Origin: Planctomycetota bacterium
Lineage (GTDB): Bacteria > Planctomycetota > SZUA-567 > H5-PLA8
Assembly: GCA_045863855.1 (NCBI GenBank)
Contig: BTVV01000002.1
Coordinates: 64,001-128,000 of the forward strand
DNA: 64,000 nucleotides
Direction: 5' to 3'
Shown here: positions 46,668 to 56,066 of the stretch, one piece after another
How positions within the stretch are numbered: position 1 is the first letter of the stretch
How the letters are laid out: each line of letters begins with the position of its first letter
Position numbers and translations under genes: made by a program
The notes under the pieces: generated by a model
Database searches by the model: none
The model's input: the letters and a program-made list of their open reading frames with translations, nothing else
What the model was told of the DNA's origin: nothing

Positions 46668-48284
46668 TTATCGAGCGGGCGCGGGTGAAGTCAACGGCAA
46701 TCCGTCACCGCCTTCGTTCCGTTTGGGCCGGTATACGCGCAGCGCCCCGTGTTGCGCTTCAAACTCGTAATGCTCGCGCATGACGTCGAGCATGGCGTCG
46801 CTAAAGCGCTGCCGATGCCAGGACGGATCTCCGAAGAGATCGAACTTCAGAACGATGCGGTCGTAGCGACGATTGCGCAATTCATCCAGAAACGGTCCTT
46901 GAATCCACAAGCCCTGTTCGGCCAATTGCGTCATCTCGAAGGGCTGGAAACGAAGTTCTTTCCCGGCCAACACGACCAGCGTAGTGTCTTCCGAGAGCAC
47001 GGCGCCCGGCGCGTCGCGCAGCGCTTTCAACACGAACGGATCCTGCTCTTCAAGGCGTCGTTGCAAGGCATGCTCCATTTCGGCGAGCAGTTTCAGGTGA
47101 TCGAAGCGCACGAACTGAACGGTAAGCAACAGGATGGCCCCGCACGCGCCCAGCACGGGGAACAGGCCCTTGCCCCATAACTCTTTTAGCGGCGGCGCCG
47201 CGGCGAGGAGATCGGCGAGCAGCAATCCGGTAAGGACGCCGCACACGCACAGGAACTCCAGTTGGTAGTTGATGAACGCTCCGGCTTTCCCAATCATCAA
47301 GGATGTCGCGAATGCCGTGAGGCCGTAGAGGCACCACAAGAGCCTCGGGTGCGGACGCTCCGCGTGAGGAGTTTGCATCCAGGAGGTGAACTGCCAAAGA
47401 CCGCCCAACCCACCCAGAACGACCAGGCGGCCGTGCTCTTCCATCAGCGATGCCAGCATGTGGCACGCCTGCGGCCAAGAGTAGTGATTGCGATTGGCCG
47501 TCACCAGGTGATTCCAGAAGCCGCCGTCCGTAAAAAGGGTTGCGAGGATCAGCAGGAGGAATCCCGCGCCGACGAATCCCGCCGTGAAGCGCAGGCCACG
47601 TCCCAGATTTTGCACGCAGGCCGCCGCGACGCACGCCGCGGGCGCCGCCAGCATCGACTGCTTGGTGAACAGCGCGGCAATGAGCAGTACGCCGACTGCG
47701 TAGGGGCCCCACGAACGCTCGAATGCTCGCGCGCTCACCACCACCGCGGCCAAGGAGCAAGCGACGGCCAGCGTGTCTACGCGCAGAAGCACGCCCCACA
47801 AGAAAGCGTAGGTGGGCGCGAGGACCGCGCCCCCCGCGGTCAATGCGAAGGCCAGCGCGGCGAGGTAATCGTCGCCGCTGCACGCGCCGCGGCGGCGCAG
47901 ATCCAGCGCATGTGCGCCCACGGCCCATGCGGCCAGCGCGGCCGATGCAAAGAGCGCAAGCACGCTGACCCAACGGCCCGCGGAAAGATAATCCCCCGTG
48001 AACCAGGCGGCGAAGCGCGTGGCGGCTCGGAACACGGGCGGATAGTTGGTGACCGTATGCGGAGGCTCGCGCCACGATTCGTAGAGGCCATGCCCGGCGT
48101 CAGCCGCGTGCAATTGCGCCAGAATCGGCCCTTCGCCGTAATCGAGTTCGTAAGGAAAGTGGGTTGCCGTCCAGGCCCAAAGCGCGAACTGCGCTCCCAG
48201 CCAGAAGCCCACGGCCACCGGCGGCGCCAGCGGAAGCCAGTTCCAGCGGCCCATCGGTTCAAGCGAATCCTGTTCCCGAATCAT
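46668..48284 (-). CDS. GT-C fold (PMT/ArnT-like) membrane glycosyltransferase
   Basis: First-loop 'DYGEG', 'YPPVF', 'GRWVS', 'RVD', 'ALFTKQS', about 11 TM; C-terminal 'FQPF.MTQL..QG.W'; ATGA-coupled to the upstream paralog. Confidence 0.78.
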   Translation of the reverse strand: MIREQDSLEPMGRWNWLPLAPPVAVGFWLGAQFALWAWTATHFPYELDYGEGPILAQLHAADAGHGLYESWREPPHTVTNYPPVFRAATRFAAWFTGDYLSAGRWVSVLALFASAALAAWAVGAHALDLRRRGACSGDDYLAALAFALTAGGAVLAPTYAFLWGVLLRVDTLAVACSLAAVVVSARAFERSWGPYAVGVLLIAALFTKQSMLAAPAACVAAACVQNLGRGLRFTAGFVGAGFLLLILATLFTDGGFWNHLVTANRNHYSWPQACHMLASLMEEHGRLVVLGGLGGLWQFTSWMQTPHAERPHPRLLWCLYGLTAFATSLMIGKAGAFINYQLEFLCVCGVLTGLLLADLLAAAPPLKELWGKGLFPVLGACGAILLLTVQFVRFDHLKLLAEMEHALQRRLEEQDPFVLKALRDAPGAVLSEDTTLVVLAGKELRFQPFEMTQLAEQGLWIQGPFLDELRNRRYDRIVLKFDLFGDPSWHRQRFSDAMLDVMREHYEFEAQHGALRVYRPKRNEGGDGLPLTSPAPAR

Positions 48285-49855
48285 GGTTTCTCGCGCGCCG
48301 CTTGCCGCGGCCGGTACAGGAAGAAGGCGCCGATGCGGCGCTCGAACGCATACGCGTTTCCCATGGACTCGAGCATCTCTTCCGTGAAACGTTCGCGGTA
48401 AAAGCCCGGGTCCTTGCCCAGTTCGAAGTTTAACGCGATCAGAGCGTACTTCCCGGACTTCAGCTCTTCTAGGAACGGGCGCTGATCCCAAGCGCCCTGC
48501 AGGCTCAATTGAGTCATAATGAACGGCTCGAATTCGAGCGGCCGGCCGGCCAGAACCAGGTACGTGCAGTCTTCGCAGATGACCGGGCCTTTCGTTTCAC
48601 GAATGGCCTTTATCATCATGGGACCGTGCACGCGCTCCTGGGAATCTTTGTAACGCGTCGCGCTGGCGATCCAAAGCGTATGATCGCCTCGCCCCAGACT
48701 CCAGGCCAGCAGCAGTGCGGCGCATACGCCTGCTACCGTTCGCCAGCCCGCTTCTTTGCGCGCGCAAGCGAGCAATCCGTCGGCGGCTAAAGCGCCTCCT
48801 AAAGCGATCGAGATGGCGAGCGCTTCGATGAAATAGTTGGGGTTGGATCCTACTTTTCCCACGCTGGCCGAAGCCAGCCAAGCAAATACGAAATAAAGCA
48901 GCGCGACCAGCCGCGCGTGGGGACGCGCGCCGCGCGGCGAGGTTGCATAAAGCCCGGCTTGGTGGAGCGCTCCGGCCAAGCCTAACAGGGCGAACCAGCG
49001 CTCGCTGACCAACGTTTCGGACCACATCGAAAAAATGCGCTCGACGAAAAATGCGTTGCGGTTTCCGGTGATAATATTCTCGAAAAATACGCGGCCGGTC
49101 AGCCACTCGCCCAAGCCGATCAGAGCCAGCCCGGAAACCCCCAGGGCGGCACAAAAGCACAGTCCTTCCTTCCAGGAGCGCAAGCACCACGCCAGGCCGA
49201 TCGCCAAGGGTGCGGCGATCATCGAATGTTTCGTGTACAGCGCGAGGAGCAGCAGCGGCAGCAGGAGCCACGCCCAGCGTCCTCGCGCGGCCAACATCGG
49301 GTATACCGCCACGGCCGCGAGCGAGAGCGCCCAGCCCATGGCGTCGGGGCGGTAGAGCATGCCCCAGTAAAAAATGGGCTCGGAACCCAGGACGCTTAAT
49401 CCTGCGGCGACGCAGGCGCCAGCGTGGAGTGCGCGCGAAGTACCGGCCGAGCTATCCGTGGTGAGGCGCCATACCAGCACGCTTGCGGCAGCGGCGGCCG
49501 CCAAGGTGCTTAGGGCGCTCAAAAGCCGGCCCCCGGCCAGCAGCGATCCCCAGGCTCGTCCCACGCCCCAAGCCGTCCAGAGATAAACCGGCGGGTATAC
49601 CGAAGCGCGGTACGGTGGCGTGGCCAGCGCGTCGTAATGGGGACCGCCCGAATCCAAGAGCGCCGTCTGCGCGAGAATGGTGCCTTCGCTGTAGTCGATG
49701 GCATAGTCGAAGCCGACGACCAGATCGGCCCATTGAACGAACTGCGCGCATCCGCGCAGGCTCAAGACCAGCATGGGCAGAAGCACCAGCCACGCAATCC
49801 AGGTGCGGCGCGCCGGGGGCTTCTCGGAAGGCGTAATTCCATTTGAGTCGGCCAT
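48281..49855 (-). CDS. GT-C fold (PMT/ArnT-like) membrane glycosyltransferase, paralog
   Basis: 'DYSEG', 'YPPVY', 'GRLLS', 'RPD', 'ALYTKHS', 'GKVGSNPNYF.E', 'FEPFIMTQL..QG.W'. Confidence 0.78.
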   Translation of the reverse strand: MADSNGITPSEKPPARRTWIAWLVLLPMLVLSLRGCAQFVQWADLVVGFDYAIDYSEGTILAQTALLDSGGPHYDALATPPYRASVYPPVYLWTAWGVGRAWGSLLAGGRLLSALSTLAAAAAASVLVWRLTTDSSAGTSRALHAGACVAAGLSVLGSEPIFYWGMLYRPDAMGWALSLAAVAVYPMLAARGRWAWLLLPLLLLALYTKHSMIAAPLAIGLAWCLRSWKEGLCFCAALGVSGLALIGLGEWLTGRVFFENIITGNRNAFFVERIFSMWSETLVSERWFALLGLAGALHQAGLYATSPRGARPHARLVALLYFVFAWLASASVGKVGSNPNYFIEALAISIALGGALAADGLLACARKEAGWRTVAGVCAALLLAWSLGRGDHTLWIASATRYKDSQERVHGPMMIKAIRETKGPVICEDCTYLVLAGRPLEFEPFIMTQLSLQGAWDQRPFLEELKSGKYALIALNFELGKDPGFYRERFTEEMLESMGNAYAFERRIGAFFLYRPRQAAREKP

Positions 49856-49906
49856 GAGCCCAACAGGATAGTATGGGCGCTCGATTCGCACCAGACCGGG
49901 GCATGC

Positions 49907-51814
49907 TTAAGGATTGCGGTCGCGTTCGATGCGCGGAATCAGCTCACCGGCGTCCGGTCTGGTATCGTCCGTGCTCGATCGGCTTCGAAACTCGTCCATG
50001 CCGGGCGGTTCCGGAAACGCGCGCTCGGGGGACCATCCGGCCTGCCGCGCCTGTTGGTAAAGCGGTTCGTGGATGCGGTCGAAGACCATCCTTCGCACCT
50101 CGGCCGGCGAACGCTCCCAAAGCCTGGCCTTGAGCGGAATCGGCACCGCACCGGGCGGGCTGAGCATCGTCTGCACGAAGCCATCGGCGACCAGGTTGAC
50201 GAAGGGAGGCAGGACCAGCGCGCCGCGCGCCGTCAGGCGTCCGGCGGTGAATTCGCGCATGTAATGGTCGTAGATACGGTCCTTGGCCAGGCGCAGAAAG
50301 CGCTGCGCCGTTTCGGACTGCCCTTCCGCCCAGCCTTCGAGAATCGCGCGCTGAATCAACATGGCCAGCGTGGAGCGGACGTGCTCGATCACGTCTTGCC
50401 CGCGCGTGAGTTGGCGCACGACGAAATCCTCTAGCGGTAACGCGTAGGCGCCGCGCGCCTGCGCTCCGTACGTGCGGCGCAGTTTCTCGTAATAGCCTTC
50501 GGCGGCGGCCGGTCCCGAAAGAAGATACGCTTGCGGTACGGCCCATTCGAGAAATCCGCGATGCGAGGCCGCGAAATCGGCCGCGCTGTAAAAGCCCGTG
50601 TTCTTTCGTGCGCCCGCGTCCGTCAACGCTTTCTCGAAGGCATCGAAGAGCCGCGCGTCGGGGCTTTGACTGTAGTAGCCGTTGACCAGATCGAGATTCA
50701 CGCGGCCGCCGAAGGCGAGCATCTGCAGACTGTGCAGGATGAAGCGGTCGGCGGTAAGCATGTCGTAATCGTACGCGTGCTCCACGGCTTCGCCGGCCGC
50801 GATGCCGCGATCGGCCCAGTACAAGCTGTGCGCGGCCGGATGACGCCAGTCGAGCGGTCCGAATTTTTCCGTCAGCGCCGCCATGACGGACGGGTCCATG
50901 CGATAGTAGCGGCGCAGTTCCAGCGCGCGCCAGAAGGCCAGCGCCTTGGCCACGGTGCCGGCGTCACGGGATTCCGCGAACCACGAGTAGACCCGCTCGT
51001 CGACGGCGCGGCGTGCCGGATCGGCTTCCCGCGCCAGTGCGGCCTTGATGCCGCGTTCGCCGAAGCGCCGGAATTCCAGCGCGCGTCCGATGCGCCGCAC
51101 GCCTTCCGCGTGCTCCGGCAGTCCCAACGCCCACCACGATTTCAGCACTTCTGCCGCGGCGGGGCTTTGGAGAACCAGGGATTCGAAATCCCCTGGAGCG
51201 TCCGACAGCGCGCGCATCGCCGCAAGCGCTCTGGACTGCCCGCCTTCCGGAGGCGCGCCCAACAACTCGTGCCACTCCGATGCGAACTGCCGCTTGTAGT
51301 ACCAGTGCGAACCGACGGCGAACTTGCCGAGCTTGTGGAAATAGATCATCGAAAGTTCGTGATAGAGTCGAATCTCGTGCGGATTGGCGGGAATGCCCTT
51401 GTCGCGAAGCAGGCGGATGCCGTTCTGCACCCACAGCCACTTCTCTTCGTCGGTCTGCACCGCATCGGAGATGTTGTAGGCCATGTTCCAGGCCTGGAAG
51501 GCCCAGACCGAAGGAAAGCGGGGCTGCAGATCGGTGATCCAGCCGGCCAGTTCCATCGCTTCGTAGAAGCGGCCTTCATCCTGCATGCGTCCGGCACGCA
51601 GCCAGAGGTAATCGACCGCGAGCCCGCGAAAACTCCCCAACGCAGCCTGGGTGATCGCGATCTGCGGGGGCAACTCTTTGAGCCGTTCGGGATCGAGCGT
51701 CATCTGCAGCGCTTCGCGCCGCGCGTCGATGGCCGGCATGGTTTGCGCCGCGCCCAGCCAAGCCGCGGCGGCAAGACCCAGCGCCGTCAGGATCGCTCCG
51801 CGCTCCGAACTCAT
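49907..51814 (-). CDS. Membrane-anchored helical (TPR-like) ABC-associated protein, PilG-like N-terminal region
   Basis: N-terminal anchor; 'LGSFRGLAVDYLWLRA', 'ITDLQPRF..VW..QAWNMAYNIS', 'GI.LLR..GIP.NP'; ATGA overlap with the permease. Confidence 0.7.
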   Translation of the reverse strand: MSSERGAILTALGLAAAAWLGAAQTMPAIDARREALQMTLDPERLKELPPQIAITQAALGSFRGLAVDYLWLRAGRMQDEGRFYEAMELAGWITDLQPRFPSVWAFQAWNMAYNISDAVQTDEEKWLWVQNGIRLLRDKGIPANPHEIRLYHELSMIYFHKLGKFAVGSHWYYKRQFASEWHELLGAPPEGGQSRALAAMRALSDAPGDFESLVLQSPAAAEVLKSWWALGLPEHAEGVRRIGRALEFRRFGERGIKAALAREADPARRAVDERVYSWFAESRDAGTVAKALAFWRALELRRYYRMDPSVMAALTEKFGPLDWRHPAAHSLYWADRGIAAGEAVEHAYDYDMLTADRFILHSLQMLAFGGRVNLDLVNGYYSQSPDARLFDAFEKALTDAGARKNTGFYSAADFAASHRGFLEWAVPQAYLLSGPAAAEGYYEKLRRTYGAQARGAYALPLEDFVVRQLTRGQDVIEHVRSTLAMLIQRAILEGWAEGQSETAQRFLRLAKDRIYDHYMREFTAGRLTARGALVLPPFVNLVADGFVQTMLSPPGAVPIPLKARLWERSPAEVRRMVFDRIHEPLYQQARQAGWSPERAFPEPPGMDEFRSRSSTDDTRPDAGELIPRIERDRNP

Positions 51815-53385
51815 GACGCGCCCCGCGCCACTTCGCGCTTGCGGAAGATCAGCCAGGCGGTCACACCCGTCGCGCCTGTCCAGGCCAGTCCGATCCACCC
51901 TGCGCAGGCCCATACTTCGCCGCCTTCAACCAGCCGGCCGCTGACCACGGCATCGACGGGTGCGAAGCGGCTGAACTGCTTCAATACGGCCGCCAAGGCG
52001 CCGACGACGACCTTCAGGACCGCCGCCAGCAGTTTGGCGGCCTCGCCGGGCGTATTCTCGCCGAAGAATTCCAGCGCCTCGCCCAGGTATCCGCTCGAAC
52101 TTGCGAAGACTAAAACCATCAACGCCAGCAGGCTTGCGACGGGAAATCCGAGGAACGTGGCCGCACAAAGCCCCAGCGCGCCCAGGAAGATCAGTTTGAC
52201 CCACTGCATCGCCAGTGCGCGCGCCAGGTTTCCTTCGAAGCTCCCCGCCGCATAAAGCACTTCCAGTCCTTCACCGGGCAGAAACGTGGCGGTCGTATCG
52301 AAGGTCTGTTGCGGTGCAAGCGGGTTTTCGTGAACGATGGTGAGTTCCAGCCGCCCATCGGGGCCGATCTCCTCGAGCGGTACGGGCAGCACGAGGTACG
52401 CGTTCACCGGCATGCGAATGCCGCGTTCGCGCCCGTTGAACGCGATGCGCATCAGCAATTCCAAGTTGGGCGGCGCGCCGGATGTGCGCATCCGCATGCG
52501 CAACTGCACAGCCGCGCGGTCTCGTACCGCCTGCTCCAGTCCGGTGAAGATAAACGTGCGGCGCTGGTGCGGCGAAAGGTTGTGCGCGTTCAGTTCCACC
52601 TGATGCCGAACCTGGCGTTCGAATGCGGCGCGTCCCGTTTCGGCGACGAAGGCCGGATCGTTCGCCTCAACTTCTCGGATGCGCCGGCGAACTTCCTCCT
52701 CCAGGCCCGCGGACGCTTCCGGGGCCAGCGCCTTCCGCGCGGCGAGCACATCTTCCGCGACCGCCCGCGCGTCCTCCACATCGAGCGCCGGCTGCGTGGC
52801 CAGCAAGCGCGTGAAGCCCCAGATCGCCAGTCCCGCGACGCAAAGCAGCAGTGCATTAAGCAGCGCCAGTCCGATCCCCTTGCCCAGCAAGTACGCGCCG
52901 CGCGAAAGCGGCTTGCTCAGTACTGTATAGATGCGTTTGTCTTCAATTTCGTGGCAGACCGTCCCGCACGCCAGGAAAATGGTCATGAAGCTCAGCAATA
53001 GACCGGTCGCGCCGAGGGTGTAACTCAAAAAAGTTTGGATCCGGTAGCGCAGCGGCGAGCCCGGATCGAGCGTCAGCGGAAGCGTGACGAGCAACAGCAG
53101 CAACACGCAGACGAAGACGACGGCCACCCGCATGCGCAGCGCTTCGTCGAGAAACGTGCGCGCCACGCCCAGCGGCGCCCAGGCGTACGAGAGCAGTCCG
53201 CGCACCAGCGCCAGCCCGGCGAAGAACGTCCACGTCGCGGCGGTTGCACCCAAAATGGCCACGCCGGCGCCCGCGCGCCACGGCGCCCATCCCGTGGCCG
53301 CCCACACGATCGCGCCCGCGACGCCCAATCCGGCAAGCGTCAGAATCGCCGCCCAACCCCAGCGGCCTGCGGCGCTGTGGGGCAT
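51811..53385 (-). CDS. ABC-2-type permease with a large extracytoplasmic domain
   Basis: 'EIEDKRIYTVLSKPLSRGAYLLGKGIG'; multiple TM; start at MPHSAA, 2 nt after the ATPase stop. Confidence 0.85.
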   Translation of the reverse strand: MPHSAAGRWGWAAILTLAGLGVAGAIVWAATGWAPWRAGAGVAILGATAATWTFFAGLALVRGLLSYAWAPLGVARTFLDEALRMRVAVVFVCVLLLLLVTLPLTLDPGSPLRYRIQTFLSYTLGATGLLLSFMTIFLACGTVCHEIEDKRIYTVLSKPLSRGAYLLGKGIGLALLNALLLCVAGLAIWGFTRLLATQPALDVEDARAVAEDVLAARKALAPEASAGLEEEVRRRIREVEANDPAFVAETGRAAFERQVRHQVELNAHNLSPHQRRTFIFTGLEQAVRDRAAVQLRMRMRTSGAPPNLELLMRIAFNGRERGIRMPVNAYLVLPVPLEEIGPDGRLELTIVHENPLAPQQTFDTTATFLPGEGLEVLYAAGSFEGNLARALAMQWVKLIFLGALGLCAATFLGFPVASLLALMVLVFASSSGYLGEALEFFGENTPGEAAKLLAAVLKVVVGALAAVLKQFSRFAPVDAVVSGRLVEGGEVWACAGWIGLAWTGATGVTAWLIFRKREVARGAS

Positions 53386-53387
53386 CT

Positions 53388-54644
53388 TCACGAGCGCCGA
53401 TCCTTGTCGAGCAAATCGTCGAGTACGCTGCGATCCACGCGAGCGGCATCGTTCAGCAGAGGTTGCGCGGGTTTGGCTGGCGCGGGAGGCTTGGGCTGGG
53501 GAGATTCCGACGCGGCGCCGGTAAGCAGTTCGTTCAATACCTGCCGGTCGGCCACCGGTGGGCTTGCCTGCGTTTCGGCAGCCGGCGCCGGCTCGGCCCT
53601 CGGCCGGGGCGCGGTTGATTGCGCGAGTTCCGTAAGCACCTCGCGGTCCACGCGCGTGCCCGTTAACGCCACGGAGGCCGGCGTGAGCACCGGCTCGGCC
53701 GCGGCAGCCGATTCCACTCCCGCTCCCAAAAATCCCGCCACGGGTCCGCCCGCACCGGCGCCATGCGTCGTCGCGCCTTCGGCGTGCGCCTGTTCGACCA
53801 GTTCCAAAAACAACGCTTCGAGCTTCTTTCGCGGCGCTTCGACGCGCCGAACTTTCGCGTGTCCCGTACCTTCGATCAGCGCCCGCACCGGCTCGACTTC
53901 CTCCGGCTTCAGACCTTCGGCCTCGAAGATCACCGCGTCGCGCTTGGCGAGCAGTTCGTCGACGGTGCCTTGCGCGCGCACGCGGCCGCCGTACAGCACC
54001 GTTACGCGGTCGCAGACGTCTTCGACATCGGCGAGCAGATGGCTGCACAGCAGCACGGTCTTTCCGCGTGCTTTCAGATGTAAAATCAAATCTTTAATCT
54101 GGCGCGTGCCGATCGGATCGAGCCCCGTCGTGGGCTCGTCGAGGATCAGCAACTCGGGATCGTTGATCAGCGCCTGCGCCAGTCCGATGCGCCGCTGCAT
54201 GCCCTTCGAGTATTCGCCGACGGGGCGATGCTGCACGGCTTCGAGGCCGACCATCTCCAGCAGCATGTCGATGCGCCGCTTCCGCTCGGATCGCTCCAAC
54301 TCGAACAGCCGCCCGTAGTACTCGAGCGTCTCGCGCGCATTGAGGAAGCGGTACAAGTAAGATTCTTCGGGCAGATACCCGATCTTCGCCTTGGCGCGGA
54401 CATCCGAAGGCAGCCGGCCGAAGACGCTGATTCGGCCGGACGTGGGATGCAGCAGTCCCAGGATCAACTTTATGGTGGTGGACTTGCCGGAACCGTTGGG
54501 CCCCAGCAACCCGAAGACTTCGTGCGCGCGTATCTCCAGGTCCAGGCCGTTCAGCGCCTTTACGCGCGGGCGCAGCCAGAAATCGCGGAAGACCTTGGTC
54601 AGGCCGCGGCATTCGACGAGCGCGGTGGGGGCGTCGTTGGACAT
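53388..54644 (-). CDS. ABC transporter ATP-binding protein with an extended repetitive C-terminal tail
   Basis: Walker A 'GPNGSGKST', signature 'YSKGM', Walker B 'LILDEP', H-loop 'CSHLL'. Confidence 0.97.
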   Translation of the reverse strand: MSNDAPTALVECRGLTKVFRDFWLRPRVKALNGLDLEIRAHEVFGLLGPNGSGKSTTIKLILGLLHPTSGRISVFGRLPSDVRAKAKIGYLPEESYLYRFLNARETLEYYGRLFELERSERKRRIDMLLEMVGLEAVQHRPVGEYSKGMQRRIGLAQALINDPELLILDEPTTGLDPIGTRQIKDLILHLKARGKTVLLCSHLLADVEDVCDRVTVLYGGRVRAQGTVDELLAKRDAVIFEAEGLKPEEVEPVRALIEGTGHAKVRRVEAPRKKLEALFLELVEQAHAEGATTHGAGAGGPVAGFLGAGVESAAAAEPVLTPASVALTGTRVDREVLTELAQSTAPRPRAEPAPAAETQASPPVADRQVLNELLTGAASESPQPKPPAPAKPAQPLLNDAARVDRSVLDDLLDKDRRS

Positions 54645-54649
54645 GGCGT

Positions 54650-56050
54650 TCAGCGCTTCGGCGGCGGCGCGGCCTCCTGCTGCTGTTCCAGGTAGCGCCG
54701 GCGTTCGCGCTCGGCGCGGATGCGCGGGTCGCGGTTCACTTCCAGATACAGTTCCTTCGTGCCGGACGGAAGGTAGAACGTCTCAACGTCTCCGGCCAGA
54801 ATCTCTTCCAGCGCGTCCTGCAAATGCCGGCTGCGGACAATGCGCGGATTCTGCAAGTACTGCGGCGCCAGCGCCTGGAACGTTTCGGCTTCCGCGCGGA
54901 CTTCCTGGACCTCGTTGCGCCGGTAGGTGCGCGCTTCTTCCATCAGGCGCGCGACGGTGCCGTACACGTCCGCGCCCAGTAACTGCTCGTCGAGGGCCGC
55001 TTCGGCTTCTCGCACTTGTGCTGAGATCTTCGCGCGCCGGGCGGTCTCGTAGAGCGCAATGGCGTCGAGCAGCTTCAGGTAGCGGTCGCCGGCCATATCG
55101 GTCAGCGTCTGGCTGCGGAATTTCGCGGCGGCCTCCAGCTTGTTGGCCTTCTCGCTCTCGGACGCGATCACGGCCTGAAAATCCTGCCGCAGCGCCAGCG
55201 GCGGCGTGGGATCGGCCAGCGCCACGTTGACGACGCGGATTCCCGTACCCATGCGGTCCAGCGCCGCTTGCACGACCGCGCGCAAATCTTCCTTGGCGAT
55301 CTGCCCCGCGCGGAATGCGTCGGCGCTGGTCCGTGCCGCCAGATGCACCGCGGCCTGCTCCGAAGCCGACCGAACCAGCTCCTCGGCGCGCTTCAGCATC
55401 CCCGGTCGACCGCCCGCGGTCCCGATCGCCGAAGCGAAGCGCACGGCCTCTTCGCGCGGCACCGCCCACGTCACGCTCCAATGCGCATGGAAAATGTTCC
55501 GGTCGCCCGTCAGCAGCGAGCCGTCCTGCCCCGGCACCAGCCCGCCCGTGGGAACTTTTAATTCTTCAAGCTTCTTGCCGTGGTCCTCGGGCTTCACCTC
55601 GAACCAGAACGCGCGATCCAAGTTCACGACCTGTTGCGTCGTCGGAACCGTGATGACTTCGTCGATCGGCTGCGGAAACGCGAAGTATGGCCCGCCGGCT
55701 TCGCGAACCGTACCGGCTTCGGTGGCCACCACACGGCCCAGCCGCAGCAGCACCGCGACTTCGCCTTCCTGGACGTAGAACCAGCCGCTTCCGAAGAAGG
55801 CGACCACCAGCAGCGCCATCACCCATTTCAGGAGCCCAAAGCTGACCTTCAGCGCATCCGAAAGCGAACGGTTGGCCGGATCGAGGTCTTTATCCGCATC
55901 CGGTCCTTCCGGCTCGGCGTGATGATGGTGATGATCGTGCCCGAAGATCGAGATCTTCTTGGGCTCGTGCCCGTGGCCGTGATCGTGCGCATGCCCATGG
56001 TCATGCCCGTGATCGTGCCCGTGCGTATGTTCGTGTTCGTGGCCGGCCAT
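54650..56050 (-). CDS. HflK-like SPFH protein with His-rich N-terminus
   Basis: 19 His in the first 44 aa, one TM, 'E.AVLLRLG', 'FPQPIDEV', 'LLTGDRNI', 'PP...DFQAVIA', coiled coil, 'Y..NP.I'. Confidence 0.88.
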   Translation of the reverse strand: MAGHEHEHTHGHDHGHDHGHAHDHGHGHEPKKISIFGHDHHHHHAEPEGPDADKDLDPANRSLSDALKVSFGLLKWVMALLVVAFFGSGWFYVQEGEVAVLLRLGRVVATEAGTVREAGGPYFAFPQPIDEVITVPTTQQVVNLDRAFWFEVKPEDHGKKLEELKVPTGGLVPGQDGSLLTGDRNIFHAHWSVTWAVPREEAVRFASAIGTAGGRPGMLKRAEELVRSASEQAAVHLAARTSADAFRAGQIAKEDLRAVVQAALDRMGTGIRVVNVALADPTPPLALRQDFQAVIASESEKANKLEAAAKFRSQTLTDMAGDRYLKLLDAIALYETARRAKISAQVREAEAALDEQLLGADVYGTVARLMEEARTYRRNEVQEVRAEAETFQALAPQYLQNPRIVRSRHLQDALEEILAGDVETFYLPSGTKELYLEVNRDPRIRAERERRRYLEQQQEAAPPPKR

Positions 56051-56066
56051 GCCGCGCTCCCGATTC

